The notes below the pieces were generated by a model, which was not told the DNA's origin, did no database searches, and saw nothing but the letters and a program-made list of their open reading frames with translations. From positions 32,001-96,000 of IMG/VR virus record IMGVR_UViG_3300035704_000002: 64,000 nucleotides of DNA, one strand, 5' to 3'. The translations under genes and the position numbers were made by a program. Source of the DNA: a virus. Positions 57,719 to 64,000 of the stretch are shown here, piece after piece; positions within the stretch are counted from its first letter, which is position 1, and the number at the start of each line of letters is the position of its first letter.

Positions 57719-58939
57719 GTGACAACGCCGCTGAGCAGTGAGCCGATGCCCGGTGACGGGCAGGTGCCGTACATGTCCGCCCTGGTAAACCGGATCTACC
57801 AACGGATACCCGAGATCTACCGCACGCTGGACGCCCAGGATTCCACTTGGACATTCAAGCGCTATCTGGGCGCTATCCTCACGCAGGCCGCTGCCGGAGA
57901 CGACTGGATCGTCGGGGTGGACGGCGACCGCCCACTGGGGCCGGCCACGATCGTGCCGTGGGGTCTCACCGACACCGCGCTGACCGCATGGCTGGCCGCC
58001 CGACGAAACCGCCTGTCCACCCTGGGCGACCCGCTACAAGCTGACCCCACTTGGTTGACCTGGTTGGCGCAGAACGTCGGCGCCAAACTGGACCCCACGG
58101 CCAGCATCGCCGAGCAGCGCGACACGATCCTGTTCGCCACCAGCGGGTGGCGCGCGGGCACCACGAATGCCATCGAAGACGCGGCCCGCTCCGCGTTGAC
58201 CGGCTCCCAATACGCTCAGTGCCTTCTGGCCACGAATGGCAACGTGGCCGGCACGCCGTGGGACATCACCATCGTTACCCGCGCCAGCGAGACGCCCGAT
58301 CCCGCTGCCGTGATCGATGCCGTGTTGCGCAAGGGGGTCAAGCCGGCCGGAGCCACGCTGCACACCCGTACCTACGAGTCCAGTTGGGACACCCTGGAGG
58401 GCGTGCGGCCCACCTGGGCCGACTGGGAGGCCGCCGGAAGCTGGACCGCACTGGAGGAAAGCGGACTGTCCTACGCGGCCGTACCCACCAACCTCATGGT
58501 CAACCCCAGCTTCGAGACCAGTACGACCGGCTGGTCCGGACTGCACTCGGCCACCCTCGCGGCCGTGTCCGGCGGTATCGACTCCACCCACATGGGCTCG
58601 ATCACCGCCACCGGGGGCGGTGCGGGCATCGTCGCCAGCGCGGTGATCGGCTCGATCCTGACCGGTCGTGACTACCTGTACGGCTTTTCCATTCGGCCTA
58701 CCAGCAGTCCATTGGTCGCGGTGACCATGAACGTCGCATGGACCACGTCGGGCGGTGGCGCCATCTCCACCACGACCATCACAATTCCGGCCATATCGAT
58801 GGGTTCGTGGCTTCGTATTTCCGGTCAACACCTGGCGCCGGCCAGCGCGGCGAACGCGCTGATCTCCGTCGACCTGGGGTCGGTCAGCTCGGGCGATGTG
58901 ATCGATATCGATGCCGGGCTGTTCCGGCTAGTTGTGTGA
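57719..58939 (+). CDS. Baseplate wedge (P2 gpI-like) with C-terminal carbohydrate-binding-like domain
   Basis: IPEIYR..D, WL.WLAQ.VG, KPAG; NLMVNPSFE. Confidence 0.8.
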   Translation: MTTPLSSEPMPGDGQVPYMSALVNRIYQRIPEIYRTLDAQDSTWTFKRYLGAILTQAAAGDDWIVGVDGDRPLGPATIVPWGLTDTALTAWLAARRNRLSTLGDPLQADPTWLTWLAQNVGAKLDPTASIAEQRDTILFATSGWRAGTTNAIEDAARSALTGSQYAQCLLATNGNVAGTPWDITIVTRASETPDPAAVIDAVLRKGVKPAGATLHTRTYESSWDTLEGVRPTWADWEAAGSWTALEESGLSYAAVPTNLMVNPSFETSTTGWSGLHSATLAAVSGGIDSTHMGSITATGGGAGIVASAVIGSILTGRDYLYGFSIRPTSSPLVAVTMNVAWTTSGGGAISTTTITIPAISMGSWLRISGQHLAPASAANALISVDLGSVSSGDVIDIDAGLFRLVV

Positions 58940-58949
58940 GAGGACTGTC

Positions 58950-60656
58950 ATGACCGAGACCTGGACCACGCGCATGGTGGTTCCCCAGTGGGGAGCCGGC
59001 ACCGACGCACCCTCGCGTGTGGACTTCGACGCGGCCTTCCTCAATCTGGACGGGCGGGCGGCCTACGACGACGGCATGACCTACGCAGCCGTACCCAGCG
59101 TCAATCTGATTCCCGGACGCTATGCGCGAGTGTCCACAACGGATGGTTCGTACTCACTGTACCGGCGCTCCGCCACCGCATGGGAATACGTCGGTGGCCC
59201 CGTCTCGCCCGTCAAAACGCGCAGCGTCGCACTGGGCAGCCAGGTTGGCACCGATCAGGCGTTCAGCCTCGAACTAATGCTGGGAACCCCGACACTCTGG
59301 GGTACCTACCAGGGTGACCTGTACGCCAACGGCGTGCTGCGCACCAACAACATGATGGGCGCGGCACCTCTGGGGGACACGCTCACGCCAGCCACGACTG
59401 GTCGCGCCTACGTCAAGACGCAGGCATCCGGCGACCTCGGCCTGGTCGTGCGGGCGCACGCGACCACGGCCGGCAACCTGTTCACCGCGCGCGAACAGGG
59501 CGGCAGCGACATCGTCACCATCGATGCGCTGGGCCGCTTCCAGGCGCGACTGGCAGGTGCGTTCGGCGGCGCCACCATGCCGACCACCAGCACGCTGGCC
59601 ATCTCGCCCACCACCAATCCGAGCGATGGCGTCACCAACGGACTGCTGTTGTACGGTCAATCCTCGGTCGCCACGCGGGCGCTGCTGAATGCCTATTCGT
59701 TCGCCAGCGACACGGCGTCCATCGCAACCTGGCTGACCAACGGGATGTCATTCGGGAAGTTGCCCTGGGGCACGGCCGGCGCCAGCGACGGCGCCATGAC
59801 GCTGGCGGCCGACGTTCAGTACTTCCGGGCGATCGGCGCGAACCTGCCCGGCGCGGCCCAGTACGGCACCTGGTTCACGTTCGGCAAAGCCGCCGTGTCC
59901 GCGCAGAGTGATTCCACGCAGGATACGCAGATTTTCTCGCTGGGCTCCGCCGGCTCTAGTCTGACCATTCCGCTGTACCTGTCCCAGGAAAACAACACGT
60001 CAGCGGCCAACCTATCACTGTACCGGTTCACAGACTTCACCGCTGGCCGCTTCCTGGTCTTGCAGCAGGCCACGCGTACCGGTCCTACCACGCTGACTTT
60101 CCAACTCGCCTCGGACTGGAACGCCGACGGCCGGCTACGTACCGGCGTGCTGTGGAAAGGTTCCGGAGCGGTGCGCGATGCGCGTCAGCCGATCATGCAC
60201 GTCAGCACCAAGGTTTTCGGCGGTCCTGGCGGTCCACCCACTCTTGGTCAGGACATCCCGACCAACACGAGTTTCACTTATACGTTCTCGGTGATGCAGG
60301 CGCGCAGCTTCGGCAACTGCGATCTGAACATCGCTCTTCAGACAACCTACATTCTCAACAAGGCTGGGATCAACATCCCGCAAGGCCAGGGCTGCAACGT
60401 AAACATCTACATTTCCGTTAACGGCGGCGCTTTCAATCAAGTTGACGTAGGCCGCGAATCCTTCAGTCTCGCAGCCGCGAGCGGCGATCCGCAACTAGTC
60501 GGTGAAGTATTCACCGATACGGCCCGCCTGGTATCCGTACCTAACGGTGCGACATTCCAAGTACGGGCCACAATGAACGCTTCAGGGGAAATGTTCCTGC
60601 GCCGCTGGGACCTCGAAGTAACCGAATGCAGCCTCGAAGTGTATGCCGCACCGTAA
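58950..60656 (+). CDS. Tail fibre protein
   Basis: Position; Gly/Thr-rich beta sequence. Confidence 0.65.
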   Translation: MTETWTTRMVVPQWGAGTDAPSRVDFDAAFLNLDGRAAYDDGMTYAAVPSVNLIPGRYARVSTTDGSYSLYRRSATAWEYVGGPVSPVKTRSVALGSQVGTDQAFSLELMLGTPTLWGTYQGDLYANGVLRTNNMMGAAPLGDTLTPATTGRAYVKTQASGDLGLVVRAHATTAGNLFTAREQGGSDIVTIDALGRFQARLAGAFGGATMPTTSTLAISPTTNPSDGVTNGLLLYGQSSVATRALLNAYSFASDTASIATWLTNGMSFGKLPWGTAGASDGAMTLAADVQYFRAIGANLPGAAQYGTWFTFGKAAVSAQSDSTQDTQIFSLGSAGSSLTIPLYLSQENNTSAANLSLYRFTDFTAGRFLVLQQATRTGPTTLTFQLASDWNADGRLRTGVLWKGSGAVRDARQPIMHVSTKVFGGPGGPPTLGQDIPTNTSFTYTFSVMQARSFGNCDLNIALQTTYILNKAGINIPQGQGCNVNIYISVNGGAFNQVDVGRESFSLAAASGDPQLVGEVFTDTARLVSVPNGATFQVRATMNASGEMFLRRWDLEVTECSLEVYAAP

Positions 60657-60673
60657 ACACGAATGGAGTTGTC

Positions 60674-60919
60674 GTGTACGTTATCCTGGACACCACCGGT
60701 CAAAAGCAGCTACGCATGGAACGCATCGTCGCACTTGAGAGCGAACATTGGCGCACCCAGCTTCAGATGGAGGAAGCCGACACCGCCGAGGAGTTGACGC
60801 TGCTGAGCAACCGTACCGCCGATCTGGAGCGCCGGTTGGCCATACATCATCAAGCGCTGAACACCGCCGTGCGCAAACCGGCGGCGACCGGAGATTCCTA
60901 TGACACATCGGAAAACTGA
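60674..60919 (+). CDS. Small coiled-coil protein
   Basis: SD GGAG; ERIVALESEHW. Confidence 0.6.
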   Translation: MYVILDTTGQKQLRMERIVALESEHWRTQLQMEEADTAEELTLLSNRTADLERRLAIHHQALNTAVRKPAATGDSYDTSEN

Positions 60920-61346
60920 CGCACATCGACGTCAGCGACATGTAGCGCGATCGCGGGGCGAGGTGCGTGCCCACCTAGCCGCACTAGCGGTGGTATGCCT
61001 TTTTCTGGCTGGAGGCTTGTGGTTTCAGCCTTACCGATTTACCGCTACGCCCGCCTACGCCTACCTACTGGATTTGCTGCCCCAGCAGGCATGGGCACTG
61101 CTCTATGCGGCAGTTGCGATACTGCTCATCGCCGCAACCATGTATCGCGACAAGGGAGTGCTGAATCTCGTGGTGCACACCGCGAGCATCACACTGCTCC
61201 TGGTGTGGTGGGCCGTGTTCGTCGTGCGGTGGCTGACCGACAGTCACACCACTGATGTCAACCTGCTGTCCTGGGGTGCCTACCTCTACCTTGCCGTACG
61301 CAGCGCCTGGCTCACCAGTCGGCACGTCGTTGCCTCGGTGAAGTAG
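60900..61346 (+). CDS. Four-TM membrane protein
   Basis: Hydrophobic segments; lysis cassette. Confidence 0.7.
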   Translation: MTHRKTDAHRRQRHVARSRGEVRAHLAALAVVCLFLAGGLWFQPYRFTATPAYAYLLDLLPQQAWALLYAAVAILLIAATMYRDKGVLNLVVHTASITLLLVWWAVFVVRWLTDSHTTDVNLLSWGAYLYLAVRSAWLTSRHVVASVK

Positions 61347-61348
61347 AC

Positions 61349-61738
61349 ATGGACGCCCAGGCGGCTTCCCTCTACGTGGCCGCCGCAGTGGCGGCCGGTA
61401 GTGGTATTGGTGTACCGATACTGTTTCGTCGCCGAGACAAACGCGAGCGAGAGCGAGCCACGAAACAGGCCGAGCGAGACAAATCGTTGGCCCAAGATAT
61501 AGTCAGCGCCCAAAGCCTGATGGCGGACATTCAAAGCGAACGCAACGATTACCGTAGTGAACTTGCCGTAGTGCGCGCCGAGCTGACCGCAATCGACGGA
61601 CACTACCGCGAGCGCATTCGAGTTATCGAAGCTGAAGCGGACCGCGTCAATCTCGACGCTCGGCGACGCATCGCCGCCCTGGAAATCGAGGTGGCTACGC
61701 TGCGTCGCCGACTGGCTGCCGCTGGAGTCGAGGCATGA
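61349..61738 (+). CDS. TM plus coiled-coil protein (lysis-associated)
   Basis: N-terminal TM, long coiled coil. Confidence 0.7.
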   Translation: MDAQAASLYVAAAVAAGSGIGVPILFRRRDKRERERATKQAERDKSLAQDIVSAQSLMADIQSERNDYRSELAVVRAELTAIDGHYRERIRVIEAEADRVNLDARRRIAALEIEVATLRRRLAAAGVEA

Positions 61739-62037
61739 CCACCGCCGCAGCCCTGGTCTACCTGGCCGTATCGGCAGAGAATGCGCTCTTTCAGGGCGTC
61801 GCGCTGTGGTATGCGCATCGCTACAACCGGCGGCGGCGCGGCACGGTGCGTACCATCGCGTCCCGCGTCCTGATCGCTCTGGTGTATGTCGGTCTCAGTG
61901 TGATCACCCTGCTCGCTCAGCAAGCCCTGTCCTTCGCGGTTGCGCTGATCGTCTTTTCGGGCATCCAAGTGGTGTGGCAGGTCAACACCATCATCGACTT
62001 GCTGCAACGGCCGGCGACCCAGCCCTCGGCAAACTGA
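61735..62037 (+). CDS. Three-TM membrane protein
   Basis: ATGA coupling; hydrophobic. Confidence 0.65.
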   Translation: MTTAAALVYLAVSAENALFQGVALWYAHRYNRRRRGTVRTIASRVLIALVYVGLSVITLLAQQALSFAVALIVFSGIQVVWQVNTIIDLLQRPATQPSAN

Positions 62038-62103
62038 GCGTGTCGCACCGTTGATCGCCTCGCCCAAGAGGATGCTGTGCCCCCAACCCTCGGGAGGACA
62101 CGG

Positions 62104-63249
62104 ATGGACTACGGCATCGACGTCTCCAACTGGAACGCGATCAGCGACGCGCACCGGGTGCGCGCGGCCGGCATCAGCTTCGCCTGGTGCAAGGCCAGCG
62201 AAGGCGAGCGCTTCACCGATCCCACCTTTGCATTCAAGATCAGCCAGCTCCGCGCGGTCGGCATCGTCGTCAACGGCTACCACTTCCTGGACGGCTCCGA
62301 CCCGGCCGCGCAGGGTCGCCGCTTCCGGCAGATCATCGGTGACGCCGGCTGCCTCACCGTGGGGTCACTCATGCCGATGGCTGACATGGAGAGCGCCAGC
62401 GTGCGCAGCTCGGCGAACGCCGCGCTGGCCGCATTCTACGACGCGGTCGGCGTCGGCCCCCAGGACGCGTATGGAAACCTGGACTGGTGGGCGAACGTGC
62501 TGCGCCGCGACCAGTGGGGCGCTCGAAACTTCTTGGGGCACATCGCCCGGTACAACGGTGATCCGGGCAATCCGGGCTATGCCACCGACAAGTTGGCCGT
62601 GCATCAGCACACCGACGCCGGCAATGTGGACGGCATCCCCGGGCACGTCGACCGCAACGCCACCATGCCCGGCTACTCGCTGGCCCAGATCTGCATCGGC
62701 GGTGTCGCCCCGATTGTGCCGCCACCGCCCTACGTGCCACCGGCCGCGCCTCCCGGTGACATCTGGACTGTGCATGCCGGCGATACCCTTTCGCGCATCG
62801 CCAGCGTCTGGGGCGTCACGGTGTCCGCGCTCGCCTCGGTCAATGGGATCCCCAACGCAAACTTGATCAGCGTCGGCGAACTCATCCACAAGCCCGGATC
62901 CAGCGGCGCCGCGCCCGCACCCGTCGACAGTGGACAGATCTATGTGGTGCGCTCCGGCGACACCCTGTCCGGCATCGCGATCAGCCACGGCACCAGCGTG
63001 CCCGTGCTGGTTTCGCTCAACCACATCGCCAACCCAGACCGCATCTCGATCGGCCAGGCCATCGTGATGCCGGAGCGCGCTTCGGCCACACCGCCCGCGC
63101 CACGCGTCTACCTCGTGCGGAGCGGCGACACGCTCGGCGCGATCGCGGCGAGGTTGGGCTATCCCGGCGGGTACGTGGCTTTGGGTGCCCACAACAACAT
63201 CCACGGGCCGCAGTACGTGATCTATCCCAACCAGCAGATCTTCTACTGA
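62104..63249 (+). CDS. Endolysin: GH25 muramidase plus three LysM domains
   Basis: [23 protein letters not shown]; three V..GDTL..IA repeats. Confidence 0.93.
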   Translation: MDYGIDVSNWNAISDAHRVRAAGISFAWCKASEGERFTDPTFAFKISQLRAVGIVVNGYHFLDGSDPAAQGRRFRQIIGDAGCLTVGSLMPMADMESASVRSSANAALAAFYDAVGVGPQDAYGNLDWWANVLRRDQWGARNFLGHIARYNGDPGNPGYATDKLAVHQHTDAGNVDGIPGHVDRNATMPGYSLAQICIGGVAPIVPPPPYVPPAAPPGDIWTVHAGDTLSRIASVWGVTVSALASVNGIPNANLISVGELIHKPGSSGAAPAPVDSGQIYVVRSGDTLSGIAISHGTSVPVLVSLNHIANPDRISIGQAIVMPERASATPPAPRVYLVRSGDTLGAIAARLGYPGGYVALGAHNNIHGPQYVIYPNQQIFY

Positions 63250-63251
63250 TC

Positions 63252-63581
63252 ATGACGCCCAGTACCGCCACGGTGGTCAGCGTCCTGGTCGGCACCGTGC
63301 TGCCCTGGCTGACCGGCCGCGCCGTGCGCATCGCCGCCCATCCCCGGGTGCGCGGCGCCGTGCTGCTCATCCTCACCCTGGTCGCCAGCGTGGTGACCGA
63401 ACTCGGTACCGCGATCTCCAGTGGTGCGCCCTACAACTTGTGGCAGGTGCTGCTGGATGCGACATGGGCCTACGTCCTGAGCGTCGCCCTGCACACCGGG
63501 ATATATCGTCACACGGCGCTCTACCAGCGCAACGCCGCCACCGGCGGCATCATCGGCCCCGCAACCACCGCACTGAATTGA
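63252..63581 (+). CDS. Holin-like protein
   Basis: Three TMs directly after the endolysin. Confidence 0.75.
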   Translation: MTPSTATVVSVLVGTVLPWLTGRAVRIAAHPRVRGAVLLILTLVASVVTELGTAISSGAPYNLWQVLLDATWAYVLSVALHTGIYRHTALYQRNAATGGIIGPATTALN

Positions 63582-63588
63582 GGACACC

Positions 63589-63897
63589 ATGGGCGCCATC
63601 AGCGATGAAATCGCCAATATCGTCCAGTACGTCAAAGACGTCTGGGACCGCATCGATCACAAGCTCACCGATCAGGGCAAGACCGAGATGAGCAAGCTGC
63701 ACGACCAGGCCACGGCCGTGCTCGACATGGTCAAGTCGGACATCGACAGCGATGCGGCCGACGTGAAAACCGACGTCGGCCAGGATGTCGCCGCCGCCAA
63801 CCAGGCCGCCGCACCCAGTGCGCCGCCGGTAGCGCCTGCCGTGCCGGCCACAACAGAAGAGTCACCGATTACCACAGTTACCCCCAGTCAGTCCTGA
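63589..63897 (+). CDS. Hypothetical protein
   Basis: SD GAGGA. Confidence 0.65.
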   Translation: MGAISDEIANIVQYVKDVWDRIDHKLTDQGKTEMSKLHDQATAVLDMVKSDIDSDAADVKTDVGQDVAAANQAAAPSAPPVAPAVPATTEESPITTVTPSQS

Positions 63898-64000
63898 CCG
63901 GACACCCAACGCGGCCCGGCCCGCGTGGCGCGCTTGCGTCCGCCGGCCGGGCCATGATGCGCTGGTGACATGAGCACCCCTAAGCCCGACGCCGCCCCCA

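Noticed and set aside
61432-61482. Third CGAGA repeat cluster
   Set aside because: Explained by Arg/Glu/Asp codons (RDKRERER)
5634-63204. Long antisense ORFs such as 5634-6782, 11336-12697, 13597-15081, 23705-24928, 24796-26442, 28745-30154, 54157-55395
   Set aside because: Shadow frames of high-GC genes with no domain motifs, unlike the two intein-internal antisense ORFs
1-64000. Genome-wide TAG recoding
   Set aside because: TAG ends several clear genes (AAA ATPase 24955, HNH 51701, membrane gene 61346); only one internal TAG was seen

Overview
High-GC actinobacteriophage (or prophage/phage-plasmid) segment with a contractile, myovirus-type tail. Left part (1-19 kb): small accessory genes driven by a repeated sigma70-like promoter with a palindromic spacer, a free-standing HNH gene, and an actinomycete conjugation-like block (TraB/FtsK translocase, spread-type membrane proteins, divergent GntR/Kor repressor, repeat arrays). 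Right part (19-64 kb): virion morphogenesis and lysis, comprising portal, MuF-like head protein, BCS1-like AAA ATPase, a multidomain 2H-phosphoesterase head protein, a very long HK97-type prohead protease, major capsid, sheath, tube, tape measure, baseplate, tail fibres, GH25-LysM endolysin and holin-like genes. No terminase, integrase, replication or RNA genes were recognised. The main finding is two unrelated inteins (21528-22565 and 26551-27414) that carry no recognisable in-frame nuclease. Each instead contains a complete endonuclease gene on the opposite strand (an HTH plus DUF559/Vsr-like nuclease, and an endonuclease VII), in the same triplet register and with its own candidate expression signals. 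All product calls come from motif recognition by eye; no database searches were run. Where I moved a start codon relative to the ORF track, it was to fit an SD or -10 signal.
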